NCBI RefSeq assembly: GCF_004010195.1
Contig: NC_057754.1
Coordinates: forward strand, 5,443,781 to 5,507,780
From: Chiloscyllium plagiosum
Lineage: Eukaryota
Direction of reading: 5' to 3'
DNA: 64,000 bases
Every line of letters begins with the position of its first letter. Position 1 is the stretch's first letter. Position numbers and translations under genes: made by a program. The notes under the pieces were generated by a model that was given only the letters and a program-made list of their open reading frames with translations, did not search any database and had not been told where the DNA came from. This document shows, one piece after another, positions 26,701 to 37,470 of this stretch.

Positions 26701-29700
26701 ACCTTTTCATCCAGAGTGTGTATTTGGATAGGGTTAGGGTTAGGGTTAGGAAGTGGTGGAGGCAGATACAACTACAACATTTAAAAGGTATCTGTATGGA
26801 TATATCAATTGGGAGGGTTTAGAGGGATATGGGCCAAGTGCTGGGAAATGGGACCAGATTAATTCACGATACCTGGTCAACATTGATGAATTGAACAGAA
26901 AGGTCTGTTTCTGTGCTATACATCTCGATAGTCCTGTTCTGTCATTAGAGAGAGAGAGAGAGAGACAACTCCTGGCAGTTTAACCTGAGGGTCACTACAC
27001 CTCAGACAAGGGGAGGGGTTGAGAAGGATAGTCCTTCATGGTAACTTCAGCTGGTGCAGGAATTGAACTCATATTGTTGGGTATCACTGCAGTGCAAACT
27101 AGCTGAGCTAACTGAGCCACTAGATGTGTTAACTCTGTTACAAAGAGCAGGCATAGTTTACCTCAGAGAGGGACGGGGTACTGAAGGACACCGGCTTTAT
27201 CAGAAGGTTTAAATTAAGATTGTTAGCTTTTCTGATACCACAATGAATTACAGGGGCCATATTTGCATTACAATGAGATATGCCAGGGCATTGTGCTGCC
27301 AGTACATGAGGACATGACAGCAAGGGATGTGTGTTAGACTGGAAGGTTAGTCAGAGGTGTAGCTAATATCAGGGAAGGAAATCAGAGCCAGCATCTTCAG
27401 CGGCGGGAAAGAGGAAGTTGGAAAAACTGTTACGAGCTGAAACGTTCCGGAACCATCTCCTCCCTCTCACTGTTCTCTTGTGTATCCCGCGCAGGCAGAC
27501 GGGAATGGGGCTCGTGAGCACGACGGCCCGTGTGGGGGCCATGATAGCGCCTATCGTAAGGCTGAGCGGCGACTACGTCTCGTTTCTGCCCATGACCATA
27601 TACGGCGGTGTCGCAATCGTTGCCGGAGTAGCCATCTGTGCCCTGCCCGAGACACGCAACAACCCTTTGCCGGAGACCATCGAAGGAATCGAAAACAGGT
27701 TTGTGACGTCAGGAATTCCCACTCTTCGGAAGTGCTAATTAAAATGGGAGAATGGGCCCCAATATCCGTTAAGAAATTAGCTCCTACCCTGGGCCTTCTG
27801 CACTGAAGCTCATGAAGAATCTCTGAGTTACTGCAGCCAAGTCTTGGGAGCAGGGAGCAGACTATATTTTTTTTAAGGGCACTTCTTCAGAATTTGTCCG
27901 ATGCTACTTTTTGATTTTTTTGGTTTTCAGGAGCACCTTTTACTTTCACTTCCTTGTTTATGAAGTGACTTATTACGTGGTAATAATGCCTATGTTATTC
28001 ACAACATATGCTGACACCAAAGGCATTTGGAATCAAAGGACCTCAATTATTAACCTCTCTTTAAAGCCTAGAACAAAATCTAAAACCATATCACGTAAGG
28101 AAGGCACTAATTAACTGGAAAGTACAGAATTTAGAGTCATAGAGAAGTACAGCATGGAAAAAAGACCCTTCAGTCCAGCTCGTCCATGCCAACTAAATAT
28201 CCTGAATTAATCTAGTCCCATTTGCCAGCACTTGGCCCATATCCCTCCAAACCCTTCCTATTCTTGTCCCCATCCAAATGCCTTTTAACTGCTGTCATTG
28301 TACCAGGCTCCAACACTTCCTCTGGCAGCTCATTCCAAACACCCACTATCCTCTGTGTGAAAACGTTGCCCCTCAGGTCCCATTTATATCTTTCCCCTCT
28401 CATCCAAACCTATGCCCCTCTAGTTCTAGACTCCCCCACCTGAGGGAATAACCTTGTCTATTTACCCTATCCATGTCCCTCATGATTTTATAAACCTCTA
28501 TAAAGTCACCCCTCAGCCTCTGACATTTCAGGGAAAATATACGAAAAGTTGTGAAATCAGGATTGAGACCATCTTTGGCACGATGTTTGAGGGTCCTTTT
28601 TATGGTTTGAGAAATCTGTCTGCCTGTGCAGAATACACAAGAGAATAGAGCGAGGGAGGAGATGGTGAGGTAAGAGCTTGGTTTACAGAGAATCCCTACA
28701 GTTTAGAAGCAGGCAATTCGACCTGTTGAGTCCACCAACCTTGCAAAGGTCATTCCACCCCAACCCCGTAAACCTGTATTTCCCATGGCTACTCCGCCTG
28801 GCCTGCACATCCCTGGGCACTATGGGACAATTTAGCACGGCCAATCCACCCTAACCTGCACATCCCTGGGCACTATGAGACAATTTAGCACGGCCAATCC
28901 ACCCTAACCTGCGCATCCCTGGGCACTATGAGACAATTTAGCCCAGCCAATCCACCCTAATGCACGTCCCTGGGCACTATGGGACAATTTAGCACGGCCA
29001 ATCCACCCTAACCTGCACATCCCTGGGCACTATGGGACAATTTAGCACGGCCAATCCACCCTAACCTATACATCCCTGGGCACTATGAGACAATTTAGCA
29101 CGGCCAATCCACCCTAACCTGCACATCACTGGGCACTATGAGACAATTTAGCACGGCCAATCCAGCCTAACCTGCACATCCCTGTGCATTATGGGACAAT
29201 TTAGCACGGCCAATCCACCCTAACCTGCACATCCCTGGGCATTATGGGACAATTTAGCTCGGCCAATCCACCCTAACCTGCACATCCCTGGACACTATGG
29301 GGTAATTTAGCACGGCCAATCCACCCAAACCTACACATCCCTGGACACTATGGGGTAATTTAGCATGGCCAGTCCACCCTAACCTGCACATCCCTGGACA
29401 CTATGGGACAATTTACCACGGCCAATCCACCCTAACCTACACATACCTGGGCACAACGGGACAATTTTGCATGGCCAATGCACCCTAACCTGCACATCCC
29501 TGGGCACGATGGGTAATTTAGTATAGCCAACTCACCTAAATATGCAAAGCTTTGGACTGTGGGAGGAAACTGGAGCACCCGGAGGAAACGTACACAGACA
29601 TGGGGAGAACGTGTAAACTCCACACAGACAGTTGCCCGAGGTGGGATCAAACCCTGGTCCCTGGTGCCGTGAGGCAGCAGTGCCAACCACTCAGCCACCG

Positions 29701-29904
29701 TGCTGTGGCACACAGACGAAGCATAGATGAGAAAGAAATGGAGAGAATGAAAGAAAAGTTGAACCTTTTGCAAATCGTTGTTTGTGATTTTCTGACTAAT
29801 TTATTTTCAGAGCAATAAAAAGTGCTGAAAAAGACAAGGATTCCAAGAGGAGTGATATTTCACTCCATGAAACACACCAATCACTGATGAAACAGACTGT
29901 GTAA
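2562..29904 (+). CDS. SLC22 organic anion transporter (SLC22A6/A8/A20-like), gene A, exons 3-10 joined; exons 1-2 presumably upstream of the window
   Basis: Eight exons with GT-AG boundaries splice into one open frame ending at TAA 29902-29904. Motifs [34 protein letters not shown]; exon lengths match the conserved SLC22 OAT gene structure. Confidence 0.93.
3710..4560. mobile_element. Cluster of CR1 3'-end fragments (mostly +)
   Basis: [20 protein letters not shown] motif plus 3' UTR. Confidence 0.85.
5092..5260 (+). CDS. SLC22 gene A exon 4 (169 nt): [10 protein letters not shown]...[10 protein letters not shown]
   Basis: Polypyrimidine tract + ctag| acceptor, |gtaaag donor; phase fits exons 3 and 5. 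Confidence 0.93.
6440..6985 (-). mobile_element. CR1 fragment
   Basis: [20 protein letters not shown] motif. Confidence 0.85.
7430..7839 (-). mobile_element. Penelope-like element 3' fragment (GIY-YIG endonuclease part plus terminal hammerhead motif) inserted in an HE1 SINE
   Basis: Minus frame [36 protein letters not shown]...[11 protein letters not shown] attagccaagg at 7419-7429 and 7840-7850. Confidence 0.88.
7486..7523 (-). ncRNA. Minimal hammerhead ribozyme motif (family A)
   Basis: cauuc CUGAAGA a GGGC uuau GCCC GAAAC GUC gauuc, downstream of the GIY-YIG coding fragment. Confidence 0.7.
8640..10590. mobile_element. CR1 fragments: 8640-9000 on -, 9003-10590 on +
   Basis: RT-region and C-terminal CR1 motifs. 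Confidence 0.88.
11110..11470 (-). mobile_element. CR1 3' fragment
   Basis: RILKGLDRV...RTRGQSL motif. Confidence 0.8.
11882..12005 (+). CDS. SLC22 gene A exon 5 (124 nt): WLPESARWL...KELTLE
   Basis: caag| acceptor, |gtaagt donor; PESARWL motif. Confidence 0.93.
12427..13207. repeat. 53-bp minisatellite (~14 units) derived from the HE1 SINE internal segment
   Basis: Unit ggccaatccaccctaacctgcacatccctgggcactatgggacaatttagcac; period 53 (12485 to 12538). Confidence 0.95.
13225..13535 (-). mobile_element. Full-length HE1-type SINE
   Basis: tRNA-like head with A/B boxes, conserved core, CR1-like tail. Confidence 0.9.
13583..13895 (+). mobile_element. HE1-type SINE
   Basis: tRNA-like head, (taatc)n tail. 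Confidence 0.88.
14750..15300. repeat. 24-bp degenerate minisatellite (gctgggcctactcgagtccacact-like)
   Basis: About 20 units; produces 8-aa periodic spurious ORFs. Confidence 0.9.
15796..15911 (+). CDS. SLC22 gene A exon 6 (116 nt): [10 protein letters not shown]...[19 protein letters not shown]
   Basis: gtag| acceptor, |gtaaat donor; DLFRTP motif; not in the ORF track. Confidence 0.92.
15975..16510 (-). mobile_element. LINE 3' fragment of a second (CR1/L2-clade-like) family; related pieces at ~39390-39690 and ~41150-41340
   Basis: Recurs in the window; reads FKKA.HHHL.KG before an aatgaataaa tail. Confidence 0.6.
18580..18794 (+). CDS. SLC22 gene A exon 7 (215 nt): [10 protein letters not shown]...DVPAKF...IFVPK
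   Basis: gtag| acceptor, |gtgagg donor; FAYYG motif. Confidence 0.93.
18870..19510 (-). mobile_element. CR1 fragment with an internal inverted duplication
   Basis: LEGVQRRFT motif; palindrome 19078-19335. Confidence 0.85.
19894..20210 (-). mobile_element. Partial solo-LTR-like element; related ends at ~36141-36770, ~43255-43384 and ~53305-53443
   Basis: Shared terminus ...ggggtctggtctggtccataaca recurs several times. Confidence 0.55.
21202..21522 (+). mobile_element. Full-length, little-diverged HE1-type SINE
   Basis: gggcggcacggtggcaca..ggttagc head, ggttcaattcc B box, (taatc)n tail. Confidence 0.92.
21540..21845 (-). mobile_element. HE1-type SINE
   Basis: Reverse complement of the same family. 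Confidence 0.88.
22625..22965 (-). mobile_element. HE1-type SINE
   Basis: Family similarity. Confidence 0.85.
24200..24308 (+). CDS. SLC22 gene A exon 8 (109 nt): [15 protein letters not shown]...[10 protein letters not shown]
   Basis: acag| acceptor, |gtaagt donor; ELYPT motif. Confidence 0.93.
24550..25120. repeat. HE1-internal 53-bp minisatellite with a 138-bp higher-order duplication
   Basis: Same unit; a 32+53+53 block occurs twice (24753, 24891). Confidence 0.92.
25638..26397 (-). mobile_element. Solo LTR inserted in an HE1 tail, itself carrying a short Penelope-like insert
   Basis: Minus strand TGTCAC...CATAACG; TATAAA ~26070 and AATAAA ~25790 on -; imperfect 4-bp TSD gtga/gtgg. Confidence 0.7.
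26251..26286 (-). ncRNA. Minimal type-I hammerhead ribozyme motif (Penelope-associated, family A)
   Basis: AUUC-CUGAAGA-A-GGGC AUGU GCCC-GAAAC-GUC-GAAU: stem I AUUC/GAAU, stem II GGGC/GCCC, palindromic ACGU in place of stem III. Confidence 0.72.
27495..27698 (+). CDS. SLC22 gene A exon 9 (204 nt): [14 protein letters not shown]...[19 protein letters not shown]
   Basis: gcag| acceptor, |gtttgt donor; LPET motifs. Confidence 0.93.
28783..29545. repeat. HE1-internal 53-bp minisatellite (~14 units)
   Basis: Same unit, flanked by HE1 tail and head. Confidence 0.95.
29811..29904 (+). CDS. SLC22 gene A exon 10, coding part: [30 protein letters not shown]
   Basis: ttattttcag| acceptor, phase 2 fits exon 9; paralogous copy at 53566. 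Confidence 0.85.
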
Positions 29905-29998
29905 CCAGGTGCGGCTCACTCCCAACTATCAGCCCTCCGAGCAGATAAATGCAACAGACATGTTGTAATCTATGTCCTCTTTTTCACAACAAGCACTT

Positions 29999-30004
29999 AA
30001 TAAA
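29999..30004 (+). promoter_or_regulatory. Candidate polyadenylation signal of SLC22 gene A
   Basis: AATAAA ~95 nt after the stop codon. Confidence 0.6.
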
Positions 30005-30229
30005 GCATTCTCAACCTTCAATATTTCTAAATTGTACTTTAAACACGAGATAACTGAAGCGATAAGATAAATCTAAAAGGATGAACAACACGCAAAAGGC
30101 AGCCTCCGTCCAATTTCATACCTGTTTTTTAAGAAATATCATTGTGTCCCACACTATCACATTGTTACCCTCAGCTTAATTGTTAAAAATGGATTTTGAA
30201 TTAAACAACGCTCAACTGGGATCAATCTT

Positions 30230-30620
30230 TTAGATTTGATTTGATTGATTATTGTCACATGTACAGTGAAAAATTCTGTTTTGCATGGAGTACAGACAGA
30301 CCATACCACACAAAGAGCATTTGGGTGATAAAGCAGAGCACGGAGTACAATGTTACGGTGCACAAAGAGTGAGAACAACATGAGTTTAAAATTTGAGAGG
30401 GCCGTTCATGAGGCTGATAACAGCGGGGAAGAAGCTGTTCTTGAACCTGTCGGTCCGTGTGTTTGAGCTTTTGTCCCTCCTGCCTGAGGGAAGAGGGTGG
30501 GAGAGATTATAACCGGGGTGGGAGGGCTCTCTGATGATGTCGGCTGCCTTCCCGAGGCAGTGGGGAGTGTAGATGGAGTCGGTGGGGGGAAGGTTGGGTT
30601 TGTGTGAGGGACTGGGCTGC
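30230..30620 (-). mobile_element. Rex1/Babar-type LINE 3' fragment; also ~35020-35210 (+), ~48020-48400 and ~61880-62200
   Basis: II.EPSHPG...PLPSGRR...RT.RFKNSFFP motif; (caaat)n tail. Confidence 0.8.
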
Positions 30621-33024
30621 CTTTCCAATCCCAGACTGTGCAGAATCATCTTGGTGGGGATAACGCACTTGCTCTCAGTCCCTGTCCTGTAACTGTGAAG
30701 GCAGACAGCCATCATAAAAAATGTTGCCAAATAGAGGTAAACGTTTGTCAATGTTCTTTGATTGTCCATTGTATGTCTCAATGCAATGTTATTAAACTGA
30801 ATTGAAACAAATATCTTGAACAGATCCATAATTTGAACACTTATGTAGTCAATTTGAATTTGTCAGGGAAGAAACTCAGGGTTTCAGGCAGAAGCATGTA
30901 TATTTGTTTAAGTTATACACATGTAAATGAGGATTAATTGCGTTCACTATCCAAGTGTGCAGTACGATAAGTTAATGCCATTCTCCTGCCTGTCCTCACA
31001 CCCCTGCGCTTTACTGTTATTTAAATAACCGTTCCATACGCTCTTGAATGGATAATGGATTTCAAAGGAGATGGAGCAGCAAATTCTTTACGTAGAGAGT
31101 GAAACGAGTCTGCCGAGGGTGGTGGTGGAGGCAGATACAAGAGGGATATTTAAAGGGCTTTTAGATAAGCACATGAATATGCAAGGCATGAAGGGATATG
31201 GACCAAGGGCAGGCAGAAGGGATTAGTTTAGTTTGGTGTCATGCTTGGCACAACAGTGAGGGCCGAAGGGCCTGTTTACGCTCTATGTTTTAGGTTCTAT
31301 GTTCTATGTATGAATGCCTCCATTGAACCCACCTCCACCACATTTGCAGGCAGTGCAAATACCTGTGTCTTTTTGTCCTCACATCGCCTTTGCTTCCTTT
31401 GCAAGTTATAGAGTCACACAGCACAGAAACAGGCCCTTCAGTCCAGCTCGTCCACAATGACCGCACATCCCAATCTGACCTTGTCCCATTTGCCAGCATA
31501 TCCCTCCAAACCCTTCCTATTCGTGTCCCCATCCAGATGCCTCTTAAATGTTGTCATTGTACCAGCCTCCACCACTTCCTCTGGCAGCTCATTGGATACA
31601 CGCATCACCCCCTTGTGTGAAAAATGTGGCCCCTCAAGTCCTTTTTAAATCTTGCCCCTCTCACGTTAAACCCATGTCCTCTAGCTTTGGACTCCCCACC
31701 CTTGGAAAAAAAAACCTGTGCTCTTCACCCTATCCATGCCCCTCATGATTTTAGAAGCATCTAGAAGTTCACCCGTCAGCCTCCAATGCTCCAAGGGAAA
31801 AGGTTGCGGCCTACTCAGCCTCTCCCTACAGCTCAAACCCTCCAATCCTGGAAACACCCTTGTGAGTCTTTTCTGCGCCCTCTCAAGTTTAACAACAAAT
31901 TACTTTTGAGCTGTGCCCTCTCATTTTTATTCCATTTTCAAGCAGGAAGTTTCACCTCATCCTCTCTACCCAGCCCCATGATTTTGAAAAAACATTTCAG
32001 ATACTCTCCTAGACTTTTCCCTCAGTCCCAAACACTCCAAAATCTATCCTCAGAACTGAAGTTGCTCATTTGAGTTACAAAGGAAGGCTGGAAAGGCTCG
32101 GACATTTTCCACTGGAGCGTAGGAGGTTGAGGGGTGACCTTAAGGAGGTTTGTAAACTAATGATAAGGTGAATGGCAGGTGTCTTTTCCCTAAAGTGAAG
32201 GATTTCAAGACTGGGGGCACATTTCTAAGGTGAGAGGAGCAATATTTAAGAAAGGCACGAGAAAGGCATATCTTTTATACAGAGAGTGGGTCGCATGTGG
32301 AATGAACTGCCAGTGGAAATGATGGGTGAGGGTACAGTTACAATGTTTAAAAAACATCTCTATAAGTACATGAATAGGGAAGGCTTAGAGGGACATGGGC
32401 CGGAAGCAGGCAGGTGGGACTAGTTTAGATTATGATTATGGTCGGCTGGGACTGACTGGACTGGACAGTCTATTTCTGTGCTATATGACTCTATGGGGAC
32501 ATTTGTGTAAATTTCTCCTGCACTCTGTCCAACATGTTCACATTCTTCCTATAGGGTGGTGCCTACAACTGCGCACACCATCCCAGCTGAGGTCTAACAA
32601 ATGCCTTGTATTCTCATGTACGTCATGCCCCTATCAACAAAGCCCAGATACTGCCTGCTTTATTCCCTGCTCTCATTACCCGTCCTGCCACCCTCAATTA
32701 TCCGTGCACATGTACACCCAGCTCCCTTTGCTCCTGCACCCACTTTCGATGTGTTCTGCTTGTTATGATTTGTCTGTCCATGTGCTTCCTGCCAAATGCA
32801 TCACCTCACACTTCTCTGCGCTGAACGTCACCTGCCACCTGTCTCTCCACTCCGCCAACTTGTCTGTGCCCTTTCCAAGTTCTGCACTGTCTTCGTCACA
32901 CTTTACAATGCTTCCGACATTTGCATCATCCACAGCGTTTGAAATTGCCCCCTGCATGCCAACATCTGGATCATTTACACATATATCCATTTACCAGTCG
33001 ATTACTCGGCCAATTATGTATCCA

Positions 33025-34305
33025 TGTTGCACTAACCCTTTCATTTCATGAGTGCAGGAGAAAGCTTCCCCCGACTGGGGACAAAGACTCAGGGGGCAGA
33101 CAGGATACAGGCAAAGGGGGGACTTTTATTCAAGCAAAAAACAATTAGCGCAGGGAGAGGGCCAAGGGATCTTTTCCGAATCTGGCTTCAACGTGAAAAC
33201 GCAATCGTTTTCTTAATCTTCAGCTCGGATCAGAAGAGAAATCAATGACACACTCTGGTTGACAGTAAAGTGCAGCATTTTTATACATTTTGTGTCACAA
33301 TGACCGTACAGAACATGGTTACTACACCCTCTCCTTCCCTTCTGTGGGACTAATCCTGTAAAACACCTGATCAATGATGGACACTCCTATGGACAGCACT
33401 AAATTCTTAGGTTTTTTTAAACGATGTTTAACAATTATTGCAATCTCTAGGGTTTGGGATCTTTGTATGTTGCATTCCAAAGTTACTGGCTGTCCTCTTT
33501 TTTGGTAATGTCTCTCATTGTTTAGATTAGATTAGATTACTTACAGTGTGGAAACAGGCCCTTCGGCCCAACAAGTCCATACCGACCCACCGAAGCCCAG
33601 ACCCAGTCCCCTACATTTACCCCTTCACCTAACACTACGGGCAATTTAGCATGGCCAATTCACCTAACCTGCACATTTTTGGACTGTGGGTGGAAACCGG
33701 AGCACTATCTCTGCATTCCATTGTCCATTGCACTGATTATCTCTTACCAAATTCCATTACCCCTTAAAAAAAAGTTGATTCTATTATAAAAACCTAGTAA
33801 TAATAATAATTATTATTATAATTTTTATAATCATTTTTATTGTTAACATTTTTAGCTAATCAGACAACATACTCTAGGCGTCTCTTTGATGTTTTGCAAT
33901 TCCATTGAAATCTATCTCTGCGATTATTTAAAGAATCTTTAACTAGATCTTATAAATATTGCAAATAGTTTCAAAGTGACAGCTAATTTCTGCAAGATAA
34001 CCTTAGCTGCTGTTTTTTTTTAACAGCTGTACACATCCCTAAAGAAACTAGAATTAATTACTTATCGCAAGATGTTTCGAAGTGTTTGAATTACAATTTC
34101 ATTTTGTTACAAATCTTCCAATTTTTTTTAATCTTCTTCATCGCTTCATTGCATTCTTTGGAATCTTGCCAGTCAGATAATACTTTCTTTTGGCTTGGAA
34201 TAATTCCTTTCTCAAAGGTCACTTTGTGTGTATATATGCTGAAGTAAGCTTTTTTACTAAGTCTGACCATTTTTGTCAATGAAGCAGGCTTTCTAAATAT
34301 AGGCC
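33025..34305 (-). mobile_element. LTR-retroelement/ERV 3' relic: LTR 33025-33326, PPT 33327-33343, A-rich internal sequence interrupted by an HE1 fragment (33523-33705)
   Basis: Minus strand AGAAGGGAAGGAGAGGG|TGTAGT...GCAACA, with TATAAAA (~33280) and AATAAA (~33127) in LTR order. Confidence 0.7.
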
Positions 34306-34394
34306 TGATTTGGAGATGCCGGTGTTGGACTGGGGTGTACGAAGTTAAAAATCACACAACACCAGGTTATAGTCCAATAGGTTTAAAGTGTTAG

Positions 34395-34429
34395 CACTAG
34401 CTTTCGGAGCACCGGTCCTTCATCAGGTG
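34395..34429 (-). ncRNA. Minimal hammerhead ribozyme motif (family B)
   Basis: CAC-CUGAUGA-A-GGA ccggugc UCC-GAAAG-CUA-GUG: stem I CAC/GUG, palindromic AGCU. Confidence 0.62.
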
Positions 34430-34626
34430 GTTGTGGAGGACACAATTGTAAGGCACAGAATTTATAGCAAAAGTTTAGATTTAGATTAGATTACAGTGTG
34501 GAAACAGGCCCTTCGGCCCAACAAGTCCACACCGACCCGCCGAAGCGAAACCCACCCATACCCCTACATTTGTGGGCGGCACGGTGGCACAGTGGTTAGC
34601 ACTGCTGCCTCACAGCGCCAGAGACC

Positions 34627-34636
34627 NNNNNNNNNN
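34627..34636. other. Assembly gap (10 N) between inverted HE1 heads
   Basis: N run in the sequence. Confidence 1.
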
Positions 34637-35524
34637 AGACACGGGGAGAACGTGCAAACTCCACACAGTCAGTCGCCTGAGGCGGAATTGAACCCAGGTC
34701 TCTGGCGCTGTGAGGCAGCAGTGCTAACCACTGTGCCACCGTGCCACAGTGTGATGTAACTGAAAGTATACATTGAAAAACAGACAGACAATTAACGTAT
34801 TTTTCAATGTATAATTTCAGTTGTATCACACTGTAAATTTAAATGGTTTATTCTGTATGCTTAGCCTGTCACTCCTGGTTCTGCATTCCCCTGTTATTGG
34901 GAACATCCTTCCTACATCTACCCTGTGCAGTCCTGTTAGGATTTCACAAGTTTCTATGAGATCCCTCCTCATTCTTTTGAACACCAAGGAATTCGGCATG
35001 TCCTTAAAAATTCATACCAATTTTTTATAGATGCACCATCTACCTGGATGCATCACGGCTTGGTACAGCAACTGCTCTGCCCAGGGCCGAAAGAAACCAC
35101 AGAGAGCTGTGGACACAGCCCTGTCCATTACACAAACCAACTTTCCATCCATTGACTCCATGTAAACATCCAGCTGCCTCTGGAAAAGCAGCCAACCTCA
35201 GCAAAGACCCTCGGTAAAAGATAGTTTGTCCCAGACCTTAGGTTGCTGGCCTTCCAGCACAAGGAGCTGTCCACAACTGAGTGTTGGAGACTGGCACATA
35301 GATGAGGTGTTGAGGGACCTCACTGAAGCTTGATTCAGCAGCTACAAAGATTAGGTGGAGAACACCAGCGGGATGGAACTTTGTTGTGAGGGTTCGCTAA
35401 GGTGCTGCGAAATACAAGGGTAAATGTAAATCTGATCCCGAGTATACACTGAATGAGTCACTCTGGCGTGGCATGCACTGTATTTAACTAATTGACCCAT
35501 ATTATTTTGAACTGCAGTACTTTA

Positions 35525-36120
35525 GGGGTTGGGGGAGATCATGTTTCAGCTGAAAAGGGACATTGGCTCGGCCACTTTTGGAATACTGCGTTCAACTCTG
35601 GTCTTCCTGGTACAGGAAAGATGTTGTGAAAGAGGTCGGAAAAGGTTTACAAGGATGTTGCCAGGGTTGGAGCGTTTGAGCTATAGGGAGAGGCTGAACA
35701 GGCTGGGGCTACTTTCTCTGGAGCATCAGAGGCTGAGGGGCGACCTTATAGAGGCTTATAAAATCATGAGGGGCATGGATAGGGTGAATAGTCAAGGTCT
35801 TTTCTTCAGGATAGGGGAGTCCAAAACTAGAGGACATAGGTTTAAGGTGAGAGGAGAAAGATTTAAAAGGGGACCTGTGGGAAAACTTTTTCACACAGAA
35901 AGAGTTGAGTGTATGGAATGAGCTGCCAGAAGAAGTGCTACAGGCGCTAGCTACAATTACAACAATTAAAAGGTATCTGGGTGGATATATGAATAGGAAG
36001 GGTTTAGAGGGATATCGGCCAAATGCTGGCAAATGGAACTAGATTGATTTAGGATGTCTGGTCAGCATGGACATGATGGTCCAAAACGTTTGTTTCCAAG
36101 CTGTACAATTCTATGACTCT
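35525..36120 (+). mobile_element. CR1 3' fragment
   Basis: RFTRMLPGLERLSYRERL motif. Confidence 0.88.
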
Positions 36121-37286
36121 GTGCCATATGTACACTATATTGTGATGATACCATGGCTTTAAGAGGTGCATTTTGTGCTTTTTGTTATGAAGAGAGATTG
36201 AGACAGAGGTGCCGATCAGTCCCCTTCAAAGCTCATAAGGTAAACAGCTTGTATGGCCTTGGGAGTTCTTCCCTAAGGTTGGAACAATAGAAGCAGCCTG
36301 AATGGGTGGGGTCAAGCTTCCACAGAACCAGGAATTTTAATTTTAGGTTTTCAGTAGCAGGTGTTGCTGGGTTTAGAAGCCACAATACATCTCTTCCTGC
36401 GACTCACTCACTCTCACTCTCTGAGTCATGTCTTGATGATTTTTCCTCTTGCACTGGAGAATTGCATGTGAGACAATCCATTTTTACCGAACCTGCATTT
36501 ATGGGATGTTACTGTGTGGAACAGTTAATCCGTAGTAGTTATTTTATTAAACATTTTGAAAGAATTGAAGTTAAGCCATTCTTTTATTTTTATGTTGTCT
36601 GTATTTTAACTTTAATCTAAAAATAAAGTGTGTTTTGCTAAACATCGAGTAGTTTGACCAATCAAATTGCATCTGGATCGCAACACCTTATACTTACCTT
36701 TAAAATAAGGTAAAGTTAGGGTCTCAGCTACCTTCTGAATATATTTTGAGGGGGTTTGGTCTGGTTCCTTTGAATATTTCATGAATAAAATATATTTTGG
36801 AAAAGATAACCTGGAAATATTTGAATTCTTTTTTATTTTGAAAGAGACCTTCAAATAGATGGTCAAGATGATAAGTCATATTGAAAAGGTTAATTTAAAT
36901 CCTGCTTCAAATGAAACATGGGCATAACAAAAAGGGCAGGTCAAACTAGGAAAAAGTAACTTAAAGAATAAATTATGTCGAATGTATTTCTAGGAAATCT
37001 GTGAGAGACAGCGTCTAGTAATCATTTAACAAGCGGGTTACAGCAGTAAGGAAAACATGGGGCTTTTCTGGATGGATGAATTAAGCAGGTCAAAGAGTCT
37101 TTTATCTCCATAATTATCTTGTGATGTTTCTAAATGTGAATTTAAAGTACCTTTGACCACAACATCCTGAAAGGTCTGGATTATAAGCCAATAATATGCT
37201 CTATTGCCCTGTCCAACCAAAGATACAAAGAAAATGAGCAACCTTTCCAGTCTTGAGAGTCATGAACAATCTCTCTCAAACTAATA

Positions 37287-37470
37287 GTCTCTCCACCTGC
37301 AATCCTCAGCCATGGGCTTTGCTGATGGTCTGGAGACTCCAGGAAGTGTGAAAACATTTTGAAATCATCCATATTCTTTTGTTAAGTCATCCCAGTTTTC
37401 TTAATGTGTTCCCACACACTGCTACTAAACTTTAAGGCTCTCATCACTGTGCAAGTAAATGCCTCAGGAA
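37287..37470 (+). pseudogene. Decayed SLC22 exon-1 relic (5' UTR and first ~50 codons)
   Basis: ctccacctgcaatcctcagccATG (ATG 37312) aligns with 41724-41900, but with indels and a stop; interrupted by CR1/HE1 after ~37500. Confidence 0.85.

Noticed and set aside
29890..29904. Class I PDZ-binding motif at the OAT C-terminus
   Set aside because: Ends in Q-T-V; position -2 is Gln rather than Ser/Thr.
34480..34746. Unusual nested inverted HE1 structure
   Set aside because: Spans the N gap, so the arrangement cannot be trusted.
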